Shown in pieces: positions 29,676-39,370 of a stretch of DNA of 64,000 nt (positions are counted from its first letter, which is position 1; each line of letters starts with the position of its first letter). Under the pieces are notes generated by a model. The model saw nothing but the letters and a program-made list of their open reading frames with translations, did not search any database and was not told where the DNA came from. Both the position numbers and the translations under genes were made by a program. The DNA comes from an uncultured Pelagibacteraceae bacterium (GTDB lineage Bacteria > Pseudomonadota > Alphaproteobacteria > Pelagibacterales > Pelagibacteraceae): the NCBI GenBank assembly GCA_902545555.1, contig CACCGK010000002.1:20602-84601 (forward strand), given 5' to 3'.

Positions 29676-30219
29676 TCTTATGTTTATTAATTAAAGGGAT
29701 CTGAAATCCTGTAAATATTATTGTTATTGGAAGCATTCCCCACACTTTAAAATTAACCCAAAATTCTTCTGTTTGAGTTCTCCAAACAATTTCATTTAAT
29801 AAAGCAAGACCAAAGAAAAAATACATCCATCGTTTATTAAGAATTTCCCAACCAATATCAGTTAGAGGAATAGATTTACCCATAATTTTTTTAAGAATAG
29901 GTTCATTTGTAAAATATTTCCCAAAAAATAATGCAAGAGCAAAAATAATATTGATGATAGTTGGTTTAACGTAAATAAATATAGGATCATTAAAGTAAAT
30001 AGTTAATCCACCAAAAAAAGTAATTAAAATTCCACTTACCAAAGGCATTGGAGGAATTTTTTTTTCAAAAAACCAAACTATTGCTAATGCAACTAAAGTT
30101 GCAACTATCAGTGGAGGTATTGCTACTGATAAATTTTTACCACTATTGTAGTAATAGAAAAAAAATATTGCTAAAGGACCGAAATCAGTAACAAATTTTA
30201 AAAAAGATTTATTCACCAA
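29665..30219 (-). CDS. ispZ: Inner membrane septation protein YciB/IspZ
   Basis: DFGPL, FGGLT, KPTI, WVNFKVWG. Confidence 0.92.
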   Translation of the reverse strand: MVNKSFLKFVTDFGPLAIFFFYYYNSGKNLSVAIPPLIVATLVALAIVWFFEKKIPPMPLVSGILITFFGGLTIYFNDPIFIYVKPTIINIIFALALFFGKYFTNEPILKKIMGKSIPLTDIGWEILNKRWMYFFFGLALLNEIVWRTQTEEFWVNFKVWGMLPITIIFTGFQIPLINKHKIDA

Positions 30220-30268
30220 AAAGATATTAACATATTTGCCACATCACAAAACATTTATATTTTTAGCA

Positions 30269-30296
30269 TTGATTTTTATTTCTAAATACCCATACT
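30269..30296 (+). promoter_or_regulatory. Putative RpoH (sigma32)-type promoter of hspQ
   Basis: TTG-N17-CCCATACT, ending 7 nt before ATG 30304. Confidence 0.5.
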
Positions 30297-30303
30297 AAGA
30301 TTA

Positions 30304-30624
30304 ATGCCAGTTCAAAAAGCTAAATTTTCAATTGGAGACATCGTAAAGCATAAACACTTTGAATTTAGAGGTGTAATTTATGATGTTGATTTTGAATTTA
30401 ATAATTCTGAAGAGTGGTATCAATCTATACCAAAAAATGTGAGACCAAGAAAAGATCAACCATTTTATCACCTATTAGCAGAAAATGATGAGATAACTTA
30501 TGAAGCTTATGTTTCTGAGCAAAACTTGCTGATGGATGATTCCGATGAACCAATAAAACACCCTTTAATTGAAGAGATTTTTTCAGGGAAAAAAGGGTCT
30601 AGTTACTTCAAGCTTTCTAATTAA
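30304..30624 (+). CDS. hspQ: Heat shock protein HspQ
   Basis: AKFSIGDIVKH, FRGVIYDVD, RPRKDQPFYHLLAEN, AYVSEQNL. Confidence 0.93.
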   Translation: MPVQKAKFSIGDIVKHKHFEFRGVIYDVDFEFNNSEEWYQSIPKNVRPRKDQPFYHLLAENDEITYEAYVSEQNLLMDDSDEPIKHPLIEEIFSGKKGSSYFKLSN

Positions 30625-30691
30625 GGCAACCATCATTCAACCACATTTAGCTCAAATCTAGGCCATACAAATTAGCTACATTTTTAGTATC

Positions 30692-30757
30692 TTCTGGTCA
30701 AGAGTGTTAAACGTTAATTTCAATCTTATTATCTCCCCTCTGCATTCTTGATCAGAA
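30692..30757 (+). ncRNA. Candidate structured RNA hairpin in the hspQ-ccmC spacer
   Basis: 15-bp stem TTCTGGTCAAGAGTG / CATTCTTGATCAGAA with two G-U pairs (plus strand only); 36-nt loop containing TCTCCCCTC. Confidence 0.4.
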
Positions 30758-30803
30758 AACTATTTCGTAATAGAAATCACCAAAAAAAATTCTAAAATAA
30801 AAT

Positions 30804-31511
30804 ATGTTTAAACTTTTTGAACCTAACAAGATTTTCAAAATTACGTCAAAAGCACCTAAGTACGTTTTATTTTTGTTTATTGTTGTATTAAGTGTTGGTT
30901 TAGTCGAAGCATTAGTCATATCTCCTGAAGATTACAAACAAAGTGATGCAGTCAGGATTATGTATGTTCACGTTCCTGCCGCTTGGATTTCACTTGGAAT
31001 ATTTTCCTCTATAACTTTTTTATCTATTTGTGGTTTTGTATTTAGAAACAAAAACTTTTTTTTAATTTCTAAAAGTTTAGCTCCTTCGGGATTTGTTTTT
31101 AATATTATAGCTTTAGTTACAGGATCAATTTGGGGAAAACCAACTTGGGGAACATGGTGGGCTTGGGATGCAAGAATTACCTCAATGCTAATTTTAGCTT
31201 TATTCTATGTAATGTATTTAATTGTATGGAGAATTTATGATAAGGAAGAAAAAGTCTATAAGATTTCAACTTTTATAACTATTTTAGGAATTATTAATGT
31301 TCCAATAATAAAGTACTCAGTTGATTGGTGGAATACACTCCATCAACCTGCATCTATTAATATTTTGTCAAAAAGCTCAATTCACTCATCAATGCTTTAT
31401 CCATTATTGATAATGACTGCGGCATTTGCTCTTTTTTCATTGTTAATTTTCTTAATGAAATATAATACAGAACTGATAAAAATTAAAAATAAAGGCTTAG
31501 ATAGATTATGA
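30804..31511 (+). CDS. ccmC: Heme exporter protein C
   Basis: RIMYVHVP, WGKPTWGTWWAWDAR, WWNTLHQ. Confidence 0.96.
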   Translation: MFKLFEPNKIFKITSKAPKYVLFLFIVVLSVGLVEALVISPEDYKQSDAVRIMYVHVPAAWISLGIFSSITFLSICGFVFRNKNFFLISKSLAPSGFVFNIIALVTGSIWGKPTWGTWWAWDARITSMLILALFYVMYLIVWRIYDKEEKVYKISTFITILGIINVPIIKYSVDWWNTLHQPASINILSKSSIHSSMLYPLLIMTAAFALFSLLIFLMKYNTELIKIKNKGLDRL

Positions 31512-31735
31512 TAAATGAATTACTTTTTATGAATGGATATGCAGTGTACGTGTTATCTGCTTTTAGCTTTACCTTATTAAGTTTCCTAGGTTTATATTTG
31601 GTAACTAAAATGCAATTTGTTAAAGAACAAAACAAATTTGTTGCTAAATTTGGATCACTTACTACTGAGCAAGCTAATTCTGCGAAATCACAAAGAATAA
31701 ATAAAGAAATTTTAGCAAACGTAACAAATAATTAA
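31508..31735 (+). CDS. ccmD: Heme exporter protein D
   Basis: MNGYAVYV plus one TM, between ccmC and ccmE. Confidence 0.8.
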   Translation: MINELLFMNGYAVYVLSAFSFTLLSFLGLYLVTKMQFVKEQNKFVAKFGSLTTEQANSAKSQRINKEILANVTNN

Positions 31736-31745
31736 CTTTTAAACC

Positions 31746-32165
31746 ATGTATGGTCGAAAAGTTAAATTAAGATTTTTGTTTGTAATAATAATCTTAATTA
31801 CTTTAATTTTAACAACATTTTTGATTTTAAAATCATTAGAGGAAAATGTTGTATATTTTCAATCTCCTTCCGAGATAAAATCACTTTATGAAATAGATAA
31901 AAGCAAAATAAGAGTTGGAGGAATGGTTAAAAAAAACTCTATTTCCATAAGTTCAAATGAGGTGAATTTTATAATTACTGACTTTAAAAATGAAATAAAT
32001 GTTACTTATTCAGGCGCAGTACCAAATTTATTTGCTGAAGGAAAAGGGGTTGTTGCTGAAGGTTTTTTGAAAGATAGAAACTTTTTCTCTGCAACAAAAA
32101 TTTTAGCGAAACACGATGAAAATTATATGCCGCCAGAGGTAAAAGAAGCATTAGGAGAAAAATAA
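31746..32165 (+). CDS. ccmE: Heme chaperone CcmE
   Basis: [22 protein letters not shown]. Confidence 0.96.
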   Translation: MYGRKVKLRFLFVIIILITLILTTFLILKSLEENVVYFQSPSEIKSLYEIDKSKIRVGGMVKKNSISISSNEVNFIITDFKNEINVTYSGAVPNLFAEGKGVVAEGFLKDRNFFSATKILAKHDENYMPPEVKEALGEK

Positions 32166-32166
32166 A

Positions 32167-34041
32167 TTGATCTATAGTCTTGTTGGATATTATTCATTAA
32201 TAATAGGGTTAATTATTGGATTATCATTATTTTATTTTTCATATAAAAATTTTAAGAACTCAAATATAATAGATACCAAAATATTATCATTTACATTTTT
32301 ACAATTATTTTTTGTTGTTATTAGTTTTTTGTGTTTGATTTTTTCTTTTGTTATTTCAGATTTTAGCAATGAAACAGTATTTAATAATTCTCACACTACC
32401 AAACCATTATTTTACAAAATAAGTGGAACCTGGGGGAATCATGAAGGTAGTTTATTATTATGGTTACTTGTATTAACTTTATTCATTTTCATATTTTTGG
32501 TACGAACAAAAAATCAACCAGTAAAATACAAAATTTTAACTCTAGTTTTTCAACAAATAATAATTGTTGGTTTCTTTTTATTTCTAATCAAGACGTCAAA
32601 TCCGTTCAATTATATTTTTCCAATACCTACCGAAGGTCTTGGATTAAACCCAATTTTACAAGACCCTGCTTTAGCAATTCATCCACCTATTTTATATTTA
32701 GGTTATGTTGGTTCTTCAATTATTTTTTCATCTGTTTTGGCAGCAACAACTTTAAAAATTATTTCTACAAGTTGGGCATCACATATAAAAAAATGGATCT
32801 TAATTTCGTGGATATTTTTGACTTTAGGAATACTGCTTGGATCAATTTGGGCCTATTACGAATTGGGCTGGGGAGGTTTTTGGTTTTGGGATCCAGTTGA
32901 GAATGTTTCTCTAATGCCCTGGCTTGCATTAACCACTCTTTTACATTGTATTTTAGTATTAGAAAAAAAATCTATTTTAACTTCATGGGTAATAATTCTT
33001 TCTATTGCAACATTTACATTAAGTATGTGTGGAACATTTTTAGTAAGATCAGGAATATTAAATTCAGTGCATACATTTGCCAATGATCCTGAAAGGGGTT
33101 TATTTATTCTTGTTTTTTTATTCATTTTGATTTTTTTATCTATTTTAATTTTTTTCTTTTTTCATAAAGATAATGACACAAAATCTTATAGTTTTTTTTG
33201 GTTGAGCAAAGAAACTTCAATATTAATTAATAACTGGTTCATGATGTATTTTTTATCAGTTGTATTAATAGGTACGGTTTATCCAATTTTTTTAGATGTA
33301 ATTTCTTCCCAAAAAATATCTGTCGGACCACCATTTTATCATAAATTAATAATTCCATTTTTAATTCCATTTTTACTTATGATGGCGATAGGTCCAAAAT
33401 TAAAATGGATAAAATCTCAAATTGAAGACAAGATTTATTTAATTTCTTTTTTAATTATCTCAATTCTATTAGCATTTTTAGTATTAAATAATTTTAATCA
33501 AAATATTTTAATAAATACAATTTTGATATCGAGTGCGCTTTATTTATTCTTTATTACCTTGCGAGATTTTTTTGTAAAAAAATATAAAAATATTTCACAA
33601 AATATTGCTCATTTTGGATTTAGTTTATTGATCTTAAGTATCTTGTTTAACAATATATTTGCAAGCGAAATTATAACAAATCTCAAGGTTGGTGAAACTT
33701 TTGAAAATTCGAAAACTAAGATAGTTTTTGAAAGTGTTGATCAGAAAAAAGAAAAAAATTATAATGCTATCATTGCGAATTTTTCTATAAGTAATTTAAA
33801 TGGTGAAGAGGATAGATTTTCGCCAGAGCTGAGAATTTATAATCAACCTGTCATTGCCACAAGTGAAGCTGATATCAAAACAACACTTATGTCAGATAAA
33901 TTTATTGTAATTAATCTGGTTCAAAATCAAGATTTTTTCAACGTAAGATACCAAGTTAAACCATTTATGTTATGGATCTGGTTATCAGTAATTCTAATAT
34001 CTTTTGCTGGCATCTTTAGCTTTTTACAAAAAAGATCATGA
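32167..34041 (+). CDS. ccmF: Cytochrome c heme lyase subunit CcmF
   Basis: WGNHEGS, GLNPILQD, HPP, WGGFWFWDPVEN, SVHTFA; TTG start. Confidence 0.96.
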   Translation: MIYSLVGYYSLIIGLIIGLSLFYFSYKNFKNSNIIDTKILSFTFLQLFFVVISFLCLIFSFVISDFSNETVFNNSHTTKPLFYKISGTWGNHEGSLLLWLLVLTLFIFIFLVRTKNQPVKYKILTLVFQQIIIVGFFLFLIKTSNPFNYIFPIPTEGLGLNPILQDPALAIHPPILYLGYVGSSIIFSSVLAATTLKIISTSWASHIKKWILISWIFLTLGILLGSIWAYYELGWGGFWFWDPVENVSLMPWLALTTLLHCILVLEKKSILTSWVIILSIATFTLSMCGTFLVRSGILNSVHTFANDPERGLFILVFLFILIFLSILIFFFFHKDNDTKSYSFFWLSKETSILINNWFMMYFLSVVLIGTVYPIFLDVISSQKISVGPPFYHKLIIPFLIPFLLMMAIGPKLKWIKSQIEDKIYLISFLIISILLAFLVLNNFNQNILINTILISSALYLFFITLRDFFVKKYKNISQNIAHFGFSLLILSILFNNIFASEIITNLKVGETFENSKTKIVFESVDQKKEKNYNAIIANFSISNLNGEEDRFSPELRIYNQPVIATSEADIKTTLMSDKFIVINLVQNQDFFNVRYQVKPFMLWIWLSVILISFAGIFSFLQKRS

Positions 34042-34556
34042 AAAATAAAATATTACCTTTTTCAGTTATTATAATTTTTGGAATAATATTTTTTATTTTT
34101 TATAAAGGTTTAGATGACTCAAAAATATACACTCCAGATGTTAATATAAAAAAAGAGATACCGGTGTTTAATACTAAAGAATTTTTTTCTGGAGAAAATG
34201 TGAAATCATCAAGTATCTTTGAGTTAGATAAAGCTTATTTATTAAATATTTGGTCATCTTGGTGTGTACCATGTCGACAGGAGCATCCTCTTTTGATGAA
34301 TTTAAATTTAGAGAATAAATTAAATATTATTGGGATGAATTATAAAGATAATTTAAAAAATGCGGAAAATTTTTTAAAAGAACTAGGAAACCCTTATAAA
34401 GAAATCTTTATTGATTTAGATGGTACAATTGCAATTGAGTGGGGAGCATATGGGGTTCCGGAATCATTTTTAATTTATAATAATGAAATTATTAAAAAAT
34501 ATATTGGACCTCTTAACCAAGAATTAGTTGATGAAATTAATTTATTGATAAAATGA
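34038..34556 (+). CDS. ccmG: Thiol:disulfide oxidoreductase CcmG/DsbE
   Basis: WSSWCVPCRQEHP, YGVPES. Confidence 0.93.
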   Translation: MKNKILPFSVIIIFGIIFFIFYKGLDDSKIYTPDVNIKKEIPVFNTKEFFSGENVKSSSIFELDKAYLLNIWSSWCVPCRQEHPLLMNLNLENKLNIIGMNYKDNLKNAENFLKELGNPYKEIFIDLDGTIAIEWGAYGVPESFLIYNNEIIKKYIGPLNQELVDEINLLIK

Positions 34557-34915
34557 AACTTCTAAAATTTTTCTTAATTGTTATAATATTATTCCCTTTA
34601 AGTAGTATTAATGCTGAGGAGGACGATAAAAGAAATAAAATAACTAAAAATTTACGATGTCTTATATGTCAAGGTCAATCTGTTTATGATTCAGACTCTG
34701 AATTTGCAAACAGTTTAAAAATTGTAGTTGATAAAAAGCTTCAAGAGGGTCTCTCTGAAGATCAAATTTATGAATATTTTAAAACTAAATATGGAGAATG
34801 GATACTTTACGATCCTGGTTTAAATAAAAATACATATATTCTTTGGTTATTGCCGATATTGATATTTTTAATCGGAGGTGCAATAATCTACAAAAGCTTT
34901 ATAGTTAAAAAATAA
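34553..34915 (+). CDS. ccmH: Cytochrome c biogenesis protein CcmH/CcmL
   Basis: LRCLICQGQS, YGEWILY. Confidence 0.93.
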   Translation: MKLLKFFLIVIILFPLSSINAEEDDKRNKITKNLRCLICQGQSVYDSDSEFANSLKIVVDKKLQEGLSEDQIYEYFKTKYGEWILYDPGLNKNTYILWLLPILIFLIGGAIIYKSFIVKK

Positions 34916-34923
34916 ATTAATTA

Positions 34924-35439
34924 ATGATGAATTTAAAAAAATTTTTAATCAATCTGTTAATGATCACATTCGCATTTTCTTCGATTGCAGAGGAAAAAGT
35001 TTTAAAAGATAAAAATAAAGAATTAAGTGTTTACACAGGAATGTTTGATTTTAGTGATGATGGAAAAAAATCAACTTTAATTGGTTTTCAACATCAAAAT
35101 GAAAATTTAAATAGAGATACTTTTTTAGGAAATCTTTCTCCTATAACTGGATTTTTAATTACAGCCGATAATGCAGGATATATTTATACAGGTGTTCAAG
35201 CTCAATATAAATTAGGAGCATTAAATTTAACACCAAGTTTTACACCAGGAATATATCATGAGGGAGATGGTAAAGATTTAGGCCATTTAATAGAATTTAA
35301 AAGTGAATTACAAATTTCACTTGATCTGTCAAAAACAAGTGAATTGGGTTTTTCCTATAATCATATATCTAATGCAAGTCTAGGAGATAAAAATCCTGGG
35401 GCAAATAGTTATATGTTTAATTTCTTCAAAAACTTTTAA
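34924..35439 (+). CDS. PagL-like outer membrane acyloxyacyl hydrolase (lipid A 3-O-deacylase family)
   Basis: Signal peptide; HISNASLGDKNPG catalytic motif; C-terminal Phe. Confidence 0.8.
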   Translation: MMNLKKFLINLLMITFAFSSIAEEKVLKDKNKELSVYTGMFDFSDDGKKSTLIGFQHQNENLNRDTFLGNLSPITGFLITADNAGYIYTGVQAQYKLGALNLTPSFTPGIYHEGDGKDLGHLIEFKSELQISLDLSKTSELGFSYNHISNASLGDKNPGANSYMFNFFKNF

Positions 35440-35451
35440 TAAAGATACATC

Positions 35452-36603
35452 ATGAATATCAATGACTGTTATAATTTTGAAGATTTTAGAAAATTAGCAA
35501 AAAAAAAATTACCCGCTCCTATTTTTCACTATATTGATGGTGGAGCAGATGACGAAGTCACTTTAAATAGAAATACAGATGCTTTTAATGATTGTGATTT
35601 AGTTCCTAATATTCTTAATAGTGTTGGTGAGCCAGATTTATCTACCACTGTTTTTGGTAGAAAAATCAGTATGCCGTTATTTTTATCTCCTACAGCAATG
35701 CAAAGTTTGTATGACCCTGAGGGTGACAAGGCTTCTGCTAGAGCCGCAGAGAAGTTTGATACAATTTATAGCATGTCTACAATGGCATCTTTTTCAATTG
35801 AAGAAGTTGCAAATATTTCTAGTGGGCCAAAACTTTTTCAACTTTATATTCACAAAGATAAATCAATAACTGATGATTTAATCGAAAGATGTAGTAGAGC
35901 AAATTTTGATGGAATGTGTATTACTGTTGATACGCTAGTTGCTGGAAATCGAGAAAGAGATCATAGGACTGGATTTACGACACCACCTAAATTTACTTTG
36001 GATAGTTTATTGAGTTTTGCGATGAGACCAGGGTGGGTTTTTAAATACTTTACAAATAAAAAATTTGAATTAGCAAACATAAAAAACAAAACTGATAAAG
36101 GCACAAATATTGCAAAATCAGTTATGGATTATATTAATGAACAATATGATCCAGCAATGAACTGGAAAGATGCAGAATACTGTATAAAAAAATGGAACAA
36201 ACCAATGGCACTAAAAGGAGTTATGTCAGTAGAAGATGCTAAAAGAGCAATAGATATTGGTTGTACAGCAATCATGATTTCAAATCATGGAGGAAGACAA
36301 CTTGATGGATCAAGATCTCCATTTGATCAAGTTAAAGCAATTTCAGATGCAGTTGGTGATAAATTAGAAATTATTCTTGATGGTGGTGTAAGAAGGGGAA
36401 CGCATGTTCTTAAAGCACTAGCTGCTGGAGCGACAGCTTGTAGTTTTGGAAAAGCATTTCTTTTTAGTTTAGGTGCAGGCGGACAAAAAGGTGTTGAGAG
36501 ACTTTTAGAAAATATGCAAAAAGAAATTAGAAGAAATATGATTTTAATGGGCTGTAAATCTGTTAAAGATCTTGATGCGTCAAAAATAATATATAGAGAC
36601 TAA
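35452..36603 (+). CDS. lldD: FMN-dependent alpha-hydroxy acid dehydrogenase (LldD / glycolate oxidase family)
   Basis: YIDGGA, FQLY, GNRERD, SNHGGRQLD, DGGVRRGT. Confidence 0.88.
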   Translation: MNINDCYNFEDFRKLAKKKLPAPIFHYIDGGADDEVTLNRNTDAFNDCDLVPNILNSVGEPDLSTTVFGRKISMPLFLSPTAMQSLYDPEGDKASARAAEKFDTIYSMSTMASFSIEEVANISSGPKLFQLYIHKDKSITDDLIERCSRANFDGMCITVDTLVAGNRERDHRTGFTTPPKFTLDSLLSFAMRPGWVFKYFTNKKFELANIKNKTDKGTNIAKSVMDYINEQYDPAMNWKDAEYCIKKWNKPMALKGVMSVEDAKRAIDIGCTAIMISNHGGRQLDGSRSPFDQVKAISDAVGDKLEIILDGGVRRGTHVLKALAAGATACSFGKAFLFSLGAGGQKGVERLLENMQKEIRRNMILMGCKSVKDLDASKIIYRD

Positions 36604-36706
36604 AATATAAGAATTTTAAGCATTTATTTGATAAATTAAACTTTTAAACTAAATAGACAAAAAACTAATTTTCGTTTAGTTTGTCGGTTTTAATTTTTAT
36701 ATTGTT

Positions 36707-37870
36707 ATGGAACTTGCAAAATCTTTAAATAGGCTTGGAACTGAAAGCGCTTTTTCTGTTTTAGCTGAAGCGAAAAAGCTTGAAGCACAAGGTAAACCTA
36801 TGATCCACTTAGGTCTAGGTCAACCCGATTTCAAAACTCCAAAGCATGTTGTTGAAGCAGCAAAAAAAGCTTTAGATGATGGTCATCACGGATATGTGCT
36901 TTCAAATGGAATTTTAGAATGCAGACAATCAGTTACCAGATGGATTAAGAAAAGATATAGTGCAGACGTAAATCCTGAAAGAATTATTATTATGCCAGGT
37001 GGAAAGCCAACAATGCATTATGCAATTCAGTGTTTTGGTGAGCCAGGAGCGGAGATAATTCATCCAACCCCAGCTTTCCCTATTTATGAATCAATGATTA
37101 ATTATACTGGTTCTACAGCAGTACCTTACGATCTTACTGAAGATAAAGATTTAAAGTTTAGTGCAGATAAAATTTTATCTTTAATCACTGATAAAACTAG
37201 GTTGTTGATTTTAATAAATCCAAATAATCCAACAGGAAGTTTTGTAGAAAAATCAGAAATCGACAAGTTGGCTGAGGGTTTAAAAAAACATCCTCATGTG
37301 ACTATCTTAAGTGATGAAATTTATAGTAGACAAATTTTCGATGATAAGGAGATGCCAACATTTTTTAATTATCCTGAATTAAGAGAAAGATTAATTGTTT
37401 TAGAAGGTTGGAGTAAAGCTTATTCAATGACAGGTTGGAGGCTTGGTTGGAGTTTTTGGCCAGAAAATTTAGTTGAACATGTAAATAAATTATTAATTAA
37501 TAGTGTCTCATGTGTAAATGCTGCCGCTCAATTCGCAGGTATCGCAGCTTTGGATGGACCTGATGACTCAATTGACGAGATGATGGAAAAATTTACTTTG
37601 AGAAGAAAATTAATTCATGAAGGCTTAAATAGTTTACCAGGTGTAGAGTGTAGTTTACCTGGTGGAGCGTTTTATGCATTCCCTAAAGTTATTGGAACGG
37701 GTATGGACGGCTCAGAATTTTGTAAAAGAGCAATGCATGAAGCTGGCGTTGCTATCGTTCCGGGAACAGCTTTTGGAAAAACATGCAAAGATTATGTAAG
37801 ATTTAGCTTTGCTGCTTCAAGAGATAACATTTCTAACGCATTGGAAAATATCAAAAAAATGTTAGGTTAA
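36707..37870 (+). CDS. PLP-dependent aminotransferase class I/II
   Basis: GQPDF, NPNNPTG, SDEIY, SKAYSMTGWRLG, GAFY. Confidence 0.92.
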   Translation: MELAKSLNRLGTESAFSVLAEAKKLEAQGKPMIHLGLGQPDFKTPKHVVEAAKKALDDGHHGYVLSNGILECRQSVTRWIKKRYSADVNPERIIIMPGGKPTMHYAIQCFGEPGAEIIHPTPAFPIYESMINYTGSTAVPYDLTEDKDLKFSADKILSLITDKTRLLILINPNNPTGSFVEKSEIDKLAEGLKKHPHVTILSDEIYSRQIFDDKEMPTFFNYPELRERLIVLEGWSKAYSMTGWRLGWSFWPENLVEHVNKLLINSVSCVNAAAQFAGIAALDGPDDSIDEMMEKFTLRRKLIHEGLNSLPGVECSLPGGAFYAFPKVIGTGMDGSEFCKRAMHEAGVAIVPGTAFGKTCKDYVRFSFAASRDNISNALENIKKMLG

Positions 37871-37873
37871 GCT

Positions 37874-39370
37874 ATGTCTGAATTAGCTTTACCAAAAATT
37901 GATAATTCTATTTTAAATAGAAAAAGTGAGATAGTAAAGAATCTTTCAAAGTTAACAGATAAAGAAAATGTTCTAAGTGAAGCTGACGAATTGAGACCTT
38001 ATGAAACTGATGCTCTGTCAGTTTACACTCAAACACCTTTAGCAGTAGTACTTCCAGAAAATACTGATGAGGTAAGTGAGATATTAAAATATTGTTATAA
38101 TGAAAACATAAAAGTGGTTCCAAGAGGTGCAGGTACAGGTTTGTCTGGAGGTGCATTACCCCTTCAAGATGCTATTCTTCTTGGTTTAGGAAAATTCAAT
38201 AAAATACTTGAAATCGATTATAAAAATAAATGTGTAGTAACACAGCCTGGAGTAACAAATCTTGGAATTACTCATGCAGTCCAGCACAAAGGGTTTTATT
38301 ATGCGCCAGATCCTTCTAGCCAGTTAGCATGTTCTATAGGTGGAAATGTTGCTGAAAATTCTGGTGGAGTTCACTCACTAAAGTATGGAACGACTACAAA
38401 TAATATTCTTGGCGTACAGATGGTAATGATGGATGGAACCATTTGTAGATTTGGAGGAAAGTCTTTTGATCAAGAGGGATATGATCTTATGGGCTTAATT
38501 TGTGGATCAGAGGGTTTATTGGGAGTTGTTACCGAAGTTACAGTTAAAATTTTAAAAACACCTGATGTGGTAAGAGCAGCTTTAATAGGCTTTCCATCTA
38601 TTAAAGAGGGAGGAGATGCTGCTTCAGAAATTATTTCAAGTGGGATAGTGCCAGCAGGAATGGAAATAATGGATAAAGCTTTAATTGAGGCAACAGATAA
38701 TTTTAGTAAAGCAGGATATCCAAGAGATGCGGAATTATTATTAATAGTAGAACTTGATGGAACAGAGTCAGAGGTTAATGAATTAATTAGAAAAGTAGAG
38801 GCTATCTGTAAAAAAAATAATTGTTCTAGTCTTAAACTTAGTAATAGTGAGAAAGAAAGACTTTCTTTCTGGGCCGGAAGAAAAGCTGCTTTCCCAGCTT
38901 GTGGAGCTATGGCCCCTGATTATTATTGTATGGATGGATCTATTCCAAGAGGTAAGCTTGCTGAAGCATTATTAGAAATTAAAAAATTGTCAGAAAAATA
39001 TGAATTACCGGTTGCAAATTGTTTTCATGCAGGTGATGGAAATTTACATCCACTTATTATGTTTGATGGAAATGATAAAGAACAACTTAGAAAAACTGAG
39101 GAATTTGGTTCTGAGATATTAAAAACATGTGTAAGACTTGGTGGAGTTATTACAGGTGAGCATGGTGTTGGTATAGAAAAAAGAGAACTTATGTGTGAAA
39201 TGTTTAATGATAACGATATACAACAACAACTAAGTATTAAAAAATCATTAGACGAAAAAAATTTATTAAATCCTGGAAAAGTTTATCCTATACTTAGAAA
39301 ATGTGCAGAGGAAGGAAGGGTTCATGTCCACAAAAATAAAGATAAATTCCCAGATCTTCCAAGATTCTAA
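37874..39370 (+). CDS. glcD: Glycolate oxidase subunit GlcD
   Basis: PRGAGTGLSGGA, YAPDPSS, HAGDGNLHP, GEHGVG. Confidence 0.93.
   Translation: MSELALPKIDNSILNRKSEIVKNLSKLTDKENVLSEADELRPYETDALSVYTQTPLAVVLPENTDEVSEILKYCYNENIKVVPRGAGTGLSGGALPLQDAILLGLGKFNKILEIDYKNKCVVTQPGVTNLGITHAVQHKGFYYAPDPSSQLACSIGGNVAENSGGVHSLKYGTTTNNILGVQMVMMDGTICRFGGKSFDQEGYDLMGLICGSEGLLGVVTEVTVKILKTPDVVRAALIGFPSIKEGGDAASEIISSGIVPAGMEIMDKALIEATDNFSKAGYPRDAELLLIVELDGTESEVNELIRKVEAICKKNNCSSLKLSNSEKERLSFWAGRKAAFPACGAMAPDYYCMDGSIPRGKLAEALLEIKKLSEKYELPVANCFHAGDGNLHPLIMFDGNDKEQLRKTEEFGSEILKTCVRLGGVITGEHGVGIEKRELMCEMFNDNDIQQQLSIKKSLDEKNLLNPGKVYPILRKCAEEGRVHVHKNKDKFPDLPRF

Noticed and set aside
30640-30690. Minus-strand AAATGTAGCTAA resembles the 3' part of SAM-II/SAM-V riboswitches
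   Set aside because: No matching 5' stem or pseudoknot could be built and there is no adjacent downstream minus-strand gene
30625-30803. Possible 6S RNA, tmRNA or tRNA in the long spacer
   Set aside because: The ends are not complementary as in 6S; no tag peptide, T-arm or cloverleaf seen
36640-36690. Imperfect inverted repeat (GACAAA..AAACTAA / TTAGTTTGTC) before the aminotransferase; considered as a glycine riboswitch or terminator
   Set aside because: AT-rich and weak, too short, and lacks glycine-aptamer GGAGA/GAAG motifs
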